Below are positions 7,221 to 18,655 of a DNA stretch of 64,000 nt, one piece after another; position 1 is the stretch's first letter; every line of letters begins with the position of its first letter. The position numbers and the translations under genes are program-made. Source of the stretch: an uncultured Phycisphaerales bacterium (GTDB lineage Bacteria > Planctomycetota > Phycisphaerae > Tepidisphaerales > Tepidisphaeraceae); the NCBI GenBank assembly GCA_963844715.1, contig CAWJPJ010000006.1:1088001-1152000 (forward strand), given 5' to 3'. The notes beneath the pieces were generated by a model. The model was not told the DNA's origin. It did no database searches and saw only the letters and a program-made list of their open reading frames with translations.

Positions 7221-10200
7221 ATGCCTGAAACAGCGAATCCCAAACTTCGGTTGATCCCGCCTCCGGGAGTTCCGCGCATCGCGTCGTTTCCGGGCTACGC
7301 GGAACTGGCCGTCACGACGAATTTCTCATTTTTGCGCGGGGCGTCCCATGCGGATGAGCTGGTTTATCGAGCCGCGGAATTGGGATATCGGGCGATTGCC
7401 GTGACCGATCGGGATACTCTTGCCGGAGCCGTGCGGATGCATCAGGCGGCCAAGCAAACGGGATTGAAGTTGCTCATTGGGTCGCGGCTGACTTTCACGG
7501 ACGGACCGGATGTTCTTGTCTGGGTCACGGATCGCGCCGCGTACGGGCGGCTTTGCCGGCTGCTCACACTCGGGCGACGCCGCGCGGAAAAGGGGGAATG
7601 CAAACTTTCCCTCGCCGATTTGCTGGAGCATCAGGAGGGGATGTTTCTGGCTATTGTTCCGCCGGATGACATGCAGAAAATCCGCCCCTTCTCCCCCTCC
7701 CCCGGTACTCCGGGGGAGGGTTGGGGTGGGGGTCAGCAGCCAACGTTCACACAGAACCCCCTCCCGTCGTGCCGAAACTAGCGGAAGGGGACAGGGAGTG
7801 CTCCCCTGGAGTACCGGGGGAGGGGAGAAAAAGAGCGCGTCGTCGGGCAACGCATGCCGGATGAAGAGAAAGACGCGTGGACGACTTCTCTACGGCTGCT
7901 TCGTCATGTCGTCGGGAAACGCCTCTCGCTGGCAATTCATTGTCTGCACGGCCCGCGCGATCGGCGGCGGCTGGCGGAGCTGGCGGGCATCGCCGCGGAT
8001 GCGAATGTTCCGCTTTTGGCGATCAATGATGTGCATTATCACGATCCTTCCCGCCGGCGCTTCAGGATGTGCTGACGTGCATCCGCCATGGTTGCGCGAT
8101 CCACGATGCCGGTTGGCGCCTGCTCGCCAATGCCGAGCGATATCTCAAACCGCCGGAGCAGATGCATCGTCTGCTGGCGGATTATCCGCAGGCCGTCGGC
8201 CGAACGCTGCACATTGCCGAGCAATGCACGTTTTCGCTTGATGAGCTTCGCTACGAATATCCCGACGAATTGATGGAGAAAAACCAGACCCCGCTGACTA
8301 CATTGAGGGACCTGACCTGCCGCGGCGCGGAAAAGCGTTATCCGCAGGGCGTCCCCGAAGCCGTCGGGCGGCAGATCGAACACGAACTCCAGCTCATCTC
8401 CCAGCTTCGCTACGAAGCCTATTTCCTGACGGTTTATGACTTGGTGATCTTCGCCCGCTCGCGCGGGATTTTGTGCCAGGGCGCGGGTCGGCGGCGAACT
8501 CCGCCGTCTGCTATTGCCTGGGCGTCACCAGCATCGATCCCGTCCAGGGCGACCTGCTTTTCGAACGGTTTCTCAGCGCCGCGCGGAACGAGCCGCCTGA
8601 CATCGACATCGACTTTGAGCACGAGCGGCGCGAGGAGGTGATCCAGTACGTCTACGAAAAATACGGCCGCGAGCGCGCCGGAATGACGGCGACGGTCATC
8701 ACCTACCGCCCGCGCAGCGCCATCCGCGACGTCGGCAAAGCGATGGGGCTCAGCCTCGACCTGGTCGACGCGATGGCAAAAAAAATAGACTGGTGGGACC
8801 AGGGCCCCATCGCCAACGAACGCCTCCGCCAAATCGGAATCGACCCGGATGATCCGACGATCAAACTGATCATGGGATTAACAGCTCAGTTGCTCGGGTT
8901 CCCGAGGCATCTCAGTCAGCATGTGGGGGGAATCGTGATGACGCGCGGGCCGCTAAGTGAAATGGTCCCCATCGAAAATGCATCGATGGAAGATCGAACG
9001 GTCATTCAATGGGATAAAGACGATATTGATGCCTTGGGAATTCTGAAAGTCGATGTGCTCGCGCTCGGAATGCTCACCTGCATCAGCAAATGTTTTAAGC
9101 TCCTTAACCCCCTCTCCCCATGTCCTCCGCTAGTTTCCCCAGGACGGGTGAGGGGCGAGCCTTCGGCAACCGAAAAATTGCCCCTCACCATAACCCTCTC
9201 CCCGGAGTACCAGGGAGAGGGGAAAATGGAGCACCAGGGAGAGGGGAAAAAAATCGAACTTCATACGGTCCCCCCCGACGACCCCGTCGTTTACGACATG
9301 ATCTGCAACGCTGACACCATCGGCGTCTTTCAGATCGAAAGCCGGGCGCAGATGACCATGTTGCCCCGCCTCAAACCGCGGAACTTTTACGATCTGGTGA
9401 TCGAAGTGGCGATCGTGCGGCCGGGGCCGATTCAGGGGGATATGGTGCACCCCTATCTCCGGCGCCGCCGTGGGGAGGAAAAGGTGGAATATCCGAGCGA
9501 AGCGCTGCGGGGGATTTTGCAGAAGACGCTGGGAGTGCCGCTGTTTCAGGAGCAGGCGATGAAGATCGCGATGGTGGCGGCGGGATTCAGCGCGGAGGAA
9601 GCCGACCAGCTCCGCCGCGCCATGGCGGCGTGGCGATATACCGGGCATATCGAAAAATTCCACCGCAAAATCGTCGATGGAATGGTCGCCAACGGCTACA
9701 CGCCGGAATTTGCCCAGCGATGTTTCGATCAGATCAAGGGCTTCGGCGAATACGGATTTCCGGAGAGTCACGCGGCGAGCTTTGCGCTGCTGGCGTACGC
9801 CAGCGCGTGGTTGAAATGCCATTACCCGGCGGCGTTCGCCTGCGCTGCTCAACAGCCAGCCGATGGGATTTTACGCCCCCGCGCAGATCGTCCGCGACGC
9901 GCGCGAGCATGGCGTGGAGGTCCGCCACATGGATGTGAACCAAAGTTTGTGGGATTGCACGCTGGAAGACGCGGGAGATTGGCCGGCGCTGCGATTGGGA
10001 TTCCGGCAGATCAAGGGTTTGTCCCAGGCCGACGGCGAGCGCATCGCCGCGGCGCGGCAAGCCCACGGTCTTTTCCGCTCGGTCGCGGAATTTCAGCAGA
10101 TCACGCAGCTCTCCCGCCAGGCGATCCGCCGGCTGGCGCACGCGGACGCGTTTGGATCGATAAACTTGTCGCGCCGGCCGGCGCTGTGGCAATCGCTGGC

Positions 10201-10710
10201 TCTCAGCGATGCGCCGGCCCCGCTGTTTGATTGTTGCCCGGATGAACGCGCCTCCGCCGGGCGATCTGCCGAAGATGCCGATCCGGCGCGAGGTTTTGGC
10301 CGACTATGCGACGGCCGGATTATCCCTGAAGCGGCATCCCGTCTCGCTTGTCCGCCCGCAACTGATCGAGCGCCGAATCGTCCCCGCAAAAGAATTGAAG
10401 CAAATCGATAATGGCCGATGGATTAAAGTCGCCGGATTGGTTCTCTGCCGCCAGCACCCGGGCACCGCTAACGGAATCGTCTTCGTCACGCTCGAAGACG
10501 AAACCGGCGTCGCCAATCTGATCATCCGACCGCAAATTTACGATCACTATCGCCTGGCCGCACGTCACGCGACGCTCCTGCAAGCCGACGGATATTTGCA
10601 GCGTGAAGGGAAAGTGATCCATCTCCTGGCCCTGCGACTGCACGATCTGACGGATTTATTGCTGTGGCGAAGAACCCGCGGAGATGCCGAAGTCGCGGGA
10701 TTTTCATTGA
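7221..10710 (+). CDS. dnaE2: Error-prone DNA polymerase DnaE2 (several frameshifts, two palindromic insertions, one in-frame TAG as read)
   Basis: PHP domain [18 protein letters not shown]...[52 protein letters not shown]; and the C-terminal DnaE2 signature SRDFH* ending at TGA 10708-10710, in a different frame from the last tracked ORF. Confidence 0.92.
7689..7829. repeat. Palindromic element inserted in the dnaE2 PHP domain (family copy 1)
   Basis: Terminal arms TTCTCCCCCTCCCCCGGTACTCC / GGAGTACCGGGGGAGGGGAGAA; the internal segment is shared with 9103-9250 and 17106-17184. Confidence 0.8.
9103..9250. repeat. Palindromic element inserted in-frame in the dnaE2 polymerase domain (copy 2)
   Basis: CCCCTCTCCCC...GGTGAGGGG...CCCCTCACC...CCCTCTCCCCGGAGTACCAGGGAGAGGGG plus a 24-bp tandem duplication; encodes LNPLSPCPP...[17 protein letters not shown]. 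Confidence 0.8.
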
Positions 10711-10724
10711 AAAATGAAAGGCAA

Positions 10725-10815
10725 AATTAGCCACAGATAAAAATCAGATGGACACAGATGTTAATGCAAATTCATTTCTTATCTGTGTTCATCTGATTTT
10801 CATCTGTGGCTAATT
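10725..10815. repeat. Long inverted repeat built from CAGAT units between convergent dnaE2 and queD
   Basis: AATTAGCCACAGATAAAAATCAGATGGACACAGAT versus ATCTGTGTTCATCTGATTTTCATCTGTGGCTAATT. Confidence 0.85.
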
Positions 10816-11178
10816 CTCTTCTCCCCGATATTCGCAGCCTGACGTGCAAGTTTCCCTGACGACGATTGCCGAGAGGATCGGCAGTCTTGGCTTGATGCGG
10901 CGCCAGAGCCAGCCGGCAAGCATTTCCGCCGTCGGATTTTCCAGCCCTTCGATTTCGTTCAGATAATAATGATCGAGCAGCTTCACCACGGGCTCGACGA
11001 TTTTTGCGATTTCGCCGTAGTCGATCAGGTATCCCCTGGCCGGCTCGACTTCACCCTCGACGACGACGTCGAAATGAAACGAATGGCCGTGCAGGCGGCG
11101 GCATTTGTGGCCGTCCGGAAAAGTCGGGAGGCTATGCGCGGCCTCGAAACCGAAGGATTTGGTCAATTTGCTTCGCAT
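10810..11178 (-). CDS. queD: 6-carboxytetrahydropterin synthase
   Basis: FEAAHSLP...HKCRRLHGHS...LIDYG...LDHYYLNEIEGLENPTAE...VRET motifs. Confidence 0.95.
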   Translation of the reverse strand: MRSKLTKSFGFEAAHSLPTFPDGHKCRRLHGHSFHFDVVVEGEVEPARGYLIDYGEIAKIVEPVVKLLDHYYLNEIEGLENPTAEMLAGWLWRRIKPRLPILSAIVVRETCTSGCEYRGEEN

Positions 11179-11235
11179 CGGGAAGATTGGATCGTAACAA
11201 CCGAGGAAATGAAATCCAGCGGCGGGAGCAGGCGC

Positions 11236-14200
11236 CTAGTGGAGCAGCGTGGATGTGGGAACTGTCAGCGAAATAGAGGGACTCGAGGCACCCGAATCCG
11301 CAACACGATCGGCGGCCGCGGCGACGTCGACAGTTTGCGCCTGCGCGGACTGCGTGGGCGTGGATGCCGATATTTCGGGCGAAGAAAGCGTCGACGATGC
11401 CGGCGTTGAAATTGCCAGCGCAATATACGTTGAAACTGGGGCGGAATCCTGCGGCGATGTATCCGCGGCCACGGGCGTTGAAACCGCCGGGGCAGTTTGG
11501 GTCAGCACGATGCTCGGTGCGGCCGAAGTTGCGGTCGAGCCGGCCGGCGCGAGATTGGTTTGCGTCGGAGCGGCCAGGGCGGCCTGCAAAAGAACGGTGG
11601 ACGATACCGGCGTCGAAACCACGGGGATCGTCTGCGTCACGAGGCTCGGCGCCGACTGGGTGATCAACGTCGGCGCTCCCTGCCCCGCGATAATCGGGGT
11701 CTGGGTGAGCGTGAAGACCTCCATGGTGCCGGAAGTCGCCGGGTTGGCGTCGATAACGAGGTGGCCGCCCAGCGGGGGCTGGCCGAGGAGGGTGGTCCCG
11801 AGATAGAGGAGTTCGCCGCCGTCGTACGTCGCGTTGCTGGAGGTAACGGTCTGCGTAGTGAAGACGGTGTCGGCGGCGGTTCCGAGATTAAACGACTGGC
11901 CGCTGAAGACCGCCCCGCCGCCGTTGCCCGGCGTGACCTGGTCGATGGTTTTGGAAACCCCCGTGAAAGTCGATTGGGTGACGTTCGTGAGCGACTCGCT
12001 CACGATCGAGATAATCGAACTGGCATTATAGCTTTCCTGCGTGAAGGTGACGACCGACGGACTCGTGGACGTATAGACGGACGATTCGCTGACTGCCAGG
12101 CCCGCCCCGTTATCGCGCGACATCATATCCGACGGGGCGAACGTGATCAGCCAGCCGTCCATCGTCAGCGTGCGGGTGTTGGCGGCCGTGACGTTGACGG
12201 TAATCGTCGCGTTGTTGCTGGTCATTCCCAGGCTATCTTTGACATTGAAGGTGATCGCATCGGCGCCGGTATAGCCGGTCGCGGGGGTGTAGAGAATCGA
12301 CCCGGTCTGGGCGTTGACGCTGGCCGAGCCGTTAGTTGGGCCGGTGACGATGGCGACTGTCGCCGGCTCGAGTTCGCGCCGGAATTTGGATCAGTGACGT
12401 CCGCCAGTTCGTCGATGGTGACCGCCGTGTTGACCGGAGTGGCGATCTGCTCGCCCGTTGCCACAGGCGGCTGCGGCGTCGTGGTTTGCGTTGTGATGTT
12501 GAACGATGCGGAAGTCGCGGAAGCCAGCTTGCCGTCGGTGGCAATGAGCGTGTAGCCGCCGGCCGTCGAGAGCGCGAAGTTGTTGAACGTGGCGACGCCG
12601 CTGGAGGCACCGGTGCTGGTCGTTCCGCTCAAGGTCCCTGGCCCGGTATTGACGGCAAGGGAGATGGTCGACGTATCGTCGGAGACGACGTTTCCGAATT
12701 GGTCTTCAACGGTCACCGCGGCGGCGGGCAACGTCTCGCCGGCCACACCGCCGGTGGGCTCGGTCGTGAAGGCAAGCTGCGAAGCCGCCGCCGGGCTGAT
12801 GTTGATTGTCTGCGTCGTGGCGGAGGCGAGTGTCCCATCCGTGGCTTTGAGGGTGTACGCGCCGGATTTATCCAGAGTGAGATCGGCGAACGTCGCCGTG
12901 CCGGCCGAGGCGGCCTGCGTGGCGGTTCCGGACAGAGTCGCCCCCGCCGGTCCGCTGAAAATCGCGAAGCTGACGTTGGAGAAATCCCCGGCGATGATGT
13001 CGCCGAAGGCGTCCTCCACGTCCACCTCGAAACTCGGCGAAAGCGCCGTGCCGGCGGCGCCGCTGGTCGGCTGCTGGACGATGACGAGCTTCGAGGCCGC
13101 CGCCGCGGCAATCGAGAAGGACGTTGAAACGGCGCTCAGATCGCCGTCGGTTGCCTTGAGCGTGAACGACCCCGCCGGAGAGATCGAGACGTTATTAAAT
13201 GTCGCCACGCCGTTGCTGGCGGCTATGCTGGCCGTTCCGGCGAGGCTCCCGGTTCCGGAGTTGATCGATAGCGTGACGGTTGAAGTGTCGCCCGAGAGCA
13301 CGTCGCCGGAGGAATCCTCAACGGAGACTGCGAACGCCGGCAAAGTTGTGCCGGCGGTCCCACCGCTCGGCTCGGTCGTAAACACGAGCTTCGCCGCGGC
13401 GGAGGCGTTGATGGAGATGTTTTGCGTAGTCGCGGCGGTGAGCTTTCCATCGGTGGCTTGAAGGGTGTAGGTGCCGGCCTTGTCGAGGGAAAGCCCGGAC
13501 AACGTCGCCACGCCCGCCGAGGCCGCCTGGGTCGCTGTTCCCCCCAGCGTCGCCCCGGTCGGGCCGCTGAGGATCGACAGCGAGACGCCGGAAAAGTCTC
13601 CCGCGACGATGTCGCCAAAGCCGTCTTCGACATCAACGACAAAATTCGGCGAAAGAGCCGTCCCCACGGTGCCGCCGGTCGGCTGCCGGACGATGACCAG
13701 CTGTGACGCGGGCCCGGCGGCGATGTTGATGTCCTGCGTTATCGCCGAGCTCAGTTTCCCGTCCGTCGCTTGAAGCGTGTACGTTCCCGATCTGTTCAAA
13801 GAGAGCCCGGCGAACATTGCCACGCCGCTCGACGCCGCCTGCGTCGTAGTCCCCGAAAGTCCGGCCCCCGCCGGACCGGTCAAAATGGTGAATGACACAT
13901 TTGACGAATCGCCCGCAACCACATCGCCCTGGGCATCTTCCACGTCCACGGCAAAATTCGGCGCGAGCGCCACACCCGCTGTTCCGCCGGTCGGCTGCTG
14001 GACGATGACGAGCTTTGTCGCCGCCGCGGCGGAGATGTTGAAGGAAGTCGAAACCGCGGACGTCAAACCCCCATCGGTCGCACTGAGGCTGTAGGTTCCG
14101 CCCTGCGAAAAGATGAGATTGGTAAACTTCGCGACGCCGCTCGACACCGTGGCGGAAGTCGTTCCGCTTAACGAACCGGGGCCGCTGTTCAGGGAGATCG

Positions 14201-16915
14201 TCACCTGCGACGTATCGCCGGTCACCAGGTTGTTGAATTGATCCTCGACCGAGACATCGACGGCCGAAATCGCCGCCCCGGCGACACCGCCGCTCGGTTC
14301 GCCGATGAAGACGAGCTGACTTGCCGCCGCCGCGACAACCGAGAAGCTGTTCGACTTCGCACCAGTCAGCGCCCCGTCGGCGGCGTTGAAAGAATATTGT
14401 CCCGCCGTAGTCAGAATGAGATTGTCGAACGTGGCAATTCCGCCGCTGGCTTGTTCGGAAACTGTCCCGCCGAGAGTCCCCGGACCGGACGCGAGCGTTA
14501 GCGTGACGGTCGAATCGTCGGCGGTGACAACTTGCCCACTGGCATCTTCGACTTCAACCGTCACGCTCGGATTGATGGCAAGGCCGGCTGTTGTCTGCGT
14601 CGGCTGCTGATCGAAAACCAGATGCGTTGCGGATTGCGCGGGCGCCGTCAGGATTTCGAACACCGTTCCAGAATTCGACAGCCCGCCAACCGACGCGGTT
14701 CCCCAGAGATTGCCGTGCGAGTCCAGAACAATTCCCGAAACAGGCACGTTTCCATTCGGGCCGGTGAAGGTGACGAGACTCATCTCGCTCCCGCCGCCTT
14801 TGGGGATTTCGAAAACCAACCCGCCCAATTTACCGTTGACGTCCTCCGCCGTTCCATAAACGTTGCCGGAAGAATCGACGGCCAGATTGCCGTTCTCGTA
14901 TGGCATCGCGCCATCGATGTCGTCGGTAAAGTCGTAGAGCGTGTCAATCGTGGTCGTGCCCGCCGGAATTTCGAACACCGTTCCCGACCCGGAAACGTAG
15001 GCGCCGTCGAAGCCGGTTCCCCCGTAGTGGGTGGCTCCGTAAAGATTCCCCTGGGCGTCGGCGATCAAACCTGTCGAGGGGGCCGTACCGTCGGTTCCGT
15101 CGAAGGAAATGAGCGGCGTGACCGTGGATGAGCCCTTTGCCAGTTCGAAGATCGTGCCGAAACTGCTGGCGCCGCCCGAGGCCGCCCCTCCGATCAGATC
15201 GCCGCTGCCGTCGAGATAAAGGGCGTGAGGCGAGCCGTATCCCGACGCAGTGGTAAATGCCGCCAGCGGCGTGATCGCGCTGCTCCCCTTCGCTACCTCG
15301 AAGATGCCGCCGAGATTGTTGCTAAATCCAAAAGTCGTGGCTCCGAACAGATTGCCGTTCCCGTCCATGATCAATTGCCCCGGATCGGAGCCGTTCATGC
15401 CGTCGAACGAGGCGAGCGTTGTTATCGTGGTCGAACCGCTGACGACTTCGAACACCGTTCCAAATCCGCTTGCCCCGCCCGCCGTAGTCGTTCCGAAAAG
15501 ATCGCCCGCGCTGTCGAGGACAAGTTGGCTTTGGGGCTTGGACCCATTTGCGCCGGTGAACGATGCGATCGTGGTTGGAAGGCTGCCGCCGGCGGTAATT
15601 TCGTAAACCGTGCCAAGATCGGCCGATCCACCGCCGTTGGTGACCCCGAAAGCGTCGCCGTTCCCTTCGACGACGACATCGCTCAATGGATCCGCGCCGC
15701 CGTCCTGGTTGAACGAGGCCAGCGTCGTGGCGGTGCTCGCCCCGCTGACCAACTCGAACGCGGTGCCGAGATTTTCCGTGCCGCCGAGACTTGTCGTTCC
15801 AAACAGGTCTCCGCTGCCGTCGCGGATGACCCCGCCAAGAGGATCGGCGCCGTTGGCACCCGTAAATTGGGTCAGCGTGTTGAGCGAACTGGTGGATTGA
15901 TTGTATTCGAATATGGTCCCGGTGTTCGAAGAGCCGTTAAATTCTGCGCTCGTTCCGTAAACGTTCCCGGCCCCGTCGATGGCGACGGGTCCGACCGGAT
16001 CGCCGGGCCCGCTGGTGGAGAACGAAGCCAGCACGTTCACCGCAGTTCCACCGGCGGGCAGTTCGTAGAGTGCGCCTGCGCTGCTCGATCCACCATTGCC
16101 GCTGACGCCATAGATATCCCCACTCGCGTCCATGGTGAGATTGCTGTACTGATTTCCGGGCAGTGCGCTCGACCAGGTGAGGCGCTCGCTCCGGCGGTCA
16201 GTTCCCAGAGCCCGCCGTTCTCGCTCGTCGTGCCGAAAAGATCCCCGTTTTTATCGATAACCACGCCGGTAGTTGGAAATGTGCCGGTGGTGACGCCATC
16301 GAAACTCGGGAGGGTAAGAATCGTGGTGCTCCCGGCGGGGAGTTCGAAAATCGATCCAAAGTCACCGACGCCGGATGGCTGGTTCGTCGTACCAAAGAGA
16401 TTTCCGTGGGAGTCCATGACGACGCCGCCCATCGGAGTCTGTCCGGTTGTGGCGGTGTTGAACGAAGCCAACGTGGTGATCGTGCTGCTTCCGGCGGCCA
16501 CCTCAAAAATCGTTCCGTTGTTGTGCGCCCCACCCGCTTCGGTCGTTCCGAAAAGATTTCCGTGGCTGTCGATGAAGAGGCCGCCCTGCGGATTCTGGCC
16601 GTTGGCATTATCGAAGATCGCGCGGACGCTGACGGTGCTCGATCCAGCGGCAATCTCAAACAGCTCGCCGTCGCCGGTCGTCCCGCCGCTGCTCGATTCG
16701 CCGAACAAATTCCCGGCCCCATCCATCACCAGCGGCGAACTCGGATTGACCCCCCCGATGGACGGAATGAACGACGCCACCGTCTGGAATGTGCTGAGAA
16801 GCAGCCGCTGTTCCAGGGGATCGACGCTATAGATCGCGGAACGGATCCGTTGCGCTCGCTCTTTGGAAAAACGTGTTTTGACTCTTGATCTCTGGCGCTG
16901 AGCACCGACGTACAT
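11236..16915 (-). CDS. Very large secreted protein: LEPR-XLL-type N-terminal motif, 14 propeller-blade repeats, 7 Ig-like repeats, cadherin/Big_9-like module, low-complexity tail (frameshifts near 16170 and 12370)
   Basis: VDPLEQRLLLS; repeats of P...D..GNLFGTT..GG...GT.FE; ~104-aa repeats starting A(S/T)xLV(F/I)xx(Q/E)PxGGxAG; G.ILYTPATGYTGADAITFNV in the junction frame; GGAGGAG RBS. Confidence 0.8.
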
Positions 16916-17105
16916 ACGGACTCCTCCCACACCCGACCGATCCTGCGCGAAGCTTCAGACGCTAGCGCAGCGACCCACCCACAATGCGGCATTTAGTGTA
17001 GCAAGGCGGCGCACCGCCACAACAGATAAATTAGAGGGGTATTGACACAGTAAATCTGGGTAAAATCGGACCTTAGAGGGATTCTATATTGACGTCGGCA
17101 CACCG

Positions 17106-17184
17106 CCTTAACCCCTCCCCCGGCATTACTGGGGAGCACTCCCCGTCCCCTTCCGCTGGTTTCGCCACGACAGGGGCAGGCGGG
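17106..17184. repeat. Intergenic copy (copy 3) of the element found in dnaE2
   Basis: CCCCTCCCCCGG...GGGGAGCACTCCCCGTCCCCTTCCGCTGGTTTCGCCACGAC closely matches the reverse complement of 7760-7825. Confidence 0.8.
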
Positions 17185-17294
17185 CATGCGATTCAACTAT
17201 GTTTCGTATTATTAATTGGCGGCGGAAAGCTGGCGAAGATCGGTCTACATCCGGTTTTAAGCGTTGAGTTTGGGGAGAAATTCTCCTCGCAAGG

Positions 17295-18212
17295 TCAATC
17301 AATTTTCGCCAGGGGCGCCAATCGCGATTCGATCTCCGACAAATCGGTGGCGCGCCGCTTCGCCAAATCGCGGTTGAGCCGATAGACAGCGCGATCCACG
17401 GGCTTACGCTGATTCCATTGACGGAGGATCTGCCAATATCCCATCGCCAGCCCCCGCACCATTCTCACCGGGCGGCGGACGCGCACGCCGTGGACCAGAC
17501 CCAAGACCGTCGTCGCCAGCAGATGTCCCGGAAAATAGGGCATGGGAACATTGCACCAAGCAAATAAGACATTGTTGCGCCGGCCGTACAAATCCCAGCG
17601 GCGGAAATCGCGGCGCGGGGATTCAAAATGGTGGATCGGATCGGAGCGCCCCAGACGGACAACGTAACCAGCCGCGAGCATGCGGATGCAATAGTCCTCC
17701 TCTTCCCCCTGGTGGAAAAGGAATTCGCGATACCCTCCGAGCTCCAGAAAAATGTCGCGCCGCAGCGCATGGGCCGTACCGATATAGGTGGCGTGAATTT
17801 CCACTCCGGTTTCTTTTTGGTGGCGCTGCCGGATCGTCTGATCCTGATTGACGTTGATGAAAGGGATCGCCACCGCCCCAACGCGCGGATGATCCAGCTC
17901 GGCAAGCGTTTGCGAGATCACCCGGGGGGAGGAAAAAATCGCGTCGTCATCCATTGAGAAAATGTATCGCGTGCAGCACAGGCGCGCTCTGCGATTGCGC
18001 TGCACAATATAACCCAGCGATTGTTCGACGCGATCCAACTGAACCTGGGGAAACTCGCCGCGGACCATTTCGCTGGTGCCGTCGGTGGAACCGTCGTCTA
18101 TCACGAGCACGCGCGGCGCTGCGTCTTGATCCAGCGCGGATGCGATCGCCTTGCGCAATTCATCCTTGCGATTTTTACTCGTGATGAGGACGGTCGCTTC
18201 GGCGGATTCCAA
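17295..18212 (-). CDS. Glycosyltransferase family 2
   Basis: VLITSKNR...VIDDGSTDGT...FSMDDDA (DxD)...GGYREFLFHQGEEEDYCIR. Confidence 0.9.
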   Translation of the reverse strand: MESAEATVLITSKNRKDELRKAIASALDQDAAPRVLVIDDGSTDGTSEMVRGEFPQVQLDRVEQSLGYIVQRNRRARLCCTRYIFSMDDDAIFSSPRVISQTLAELDHPRVGAVAIPFINVNQDQTIRQRHQKETGVEIHATYIGTAHALRRDIFLELGGYREFLFHQGEEEDYCIRMLAAGYVVRLGRSDPIHHFESPRRDFRRWDLYGRRNNVLFAWCNVPMPYFPGHLLATTVLGLVHGVRVRRPVRMVRGLAMGYWQILRQWNQRKPVDRAVYRLNRDLAKRRATDLSEIESRLAPLAKID

Positions 18213-18288
18213 TAAGGCTCCAAGTCGGTTCGCAATGACGCGCGGGAATTATAGATAAAGCCGGCCCCAAGGCGATGTCCGAACCAAA

Positions 18289-18375
18289 CGGAGGAGGTGA
18301 GATTCGAACTCACGAGACCCTTGCGGGCCTACCGGTTTTCAAGACCGGCGCATTCGACCACTCTGCCACTCCTCC
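18289..18375 (-). tRNA. tRNA-Ser(TGA), CCA not encoded
   Basis: GGAGGAG acceptor stem, D-arm TGGCAGAGTGGTCGAATGC, anticodon arm CCGGT-CTTGAAA-ACCGG, long variable arm, GTTCGAATC T-loop. Confidence 0.97.
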
Positions 18376-18604
18376 CGTGCATCGCAAAACCCTATCTCGG
18401 GGCCGAAAATGGGTCAAATGCGCATTCCTGACGAACGCACAACCAATCACGATGCAACGATTGCGCGACCGGCCTTATGGATTATTTCGGAATGCCCGAT
18501 ATCTGTAGACGGCAATCGGAAGAAATGTGTTTTCAGCCGGGCGGTCACAAAGCTCGGCGACACAATGCAGGTATTTTCCGACCCCGCCTCATCGTCAAAA
18601 TGAT

Positions 18605-18655
18605 TCACAAAAAAAGGGCTCCGGCATCACCCACGATCCGCCGGAACCCTTGTGA
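18605..18655 (-). terminator. Rho-independent terminator
   Basis: Minus strand GGGTTCCGGC-loop-GCCGGAGCCC followed by T7. Confidence 0.65.

Noticed and set aside
10209..10730. dnaE2 ending at TAG 10728-10730 inside the inverted repeat
   Set aside because: The DnaE2 signature SRDFH* is present in another frame ending at 10710, so the longer end is a frameshift artefact.
11236..18375. Genomic island integrated at tRNA-Ser
   Set aside because: I saw no integrase, no duplicated tRNA 3' end and no clear compositional shift.
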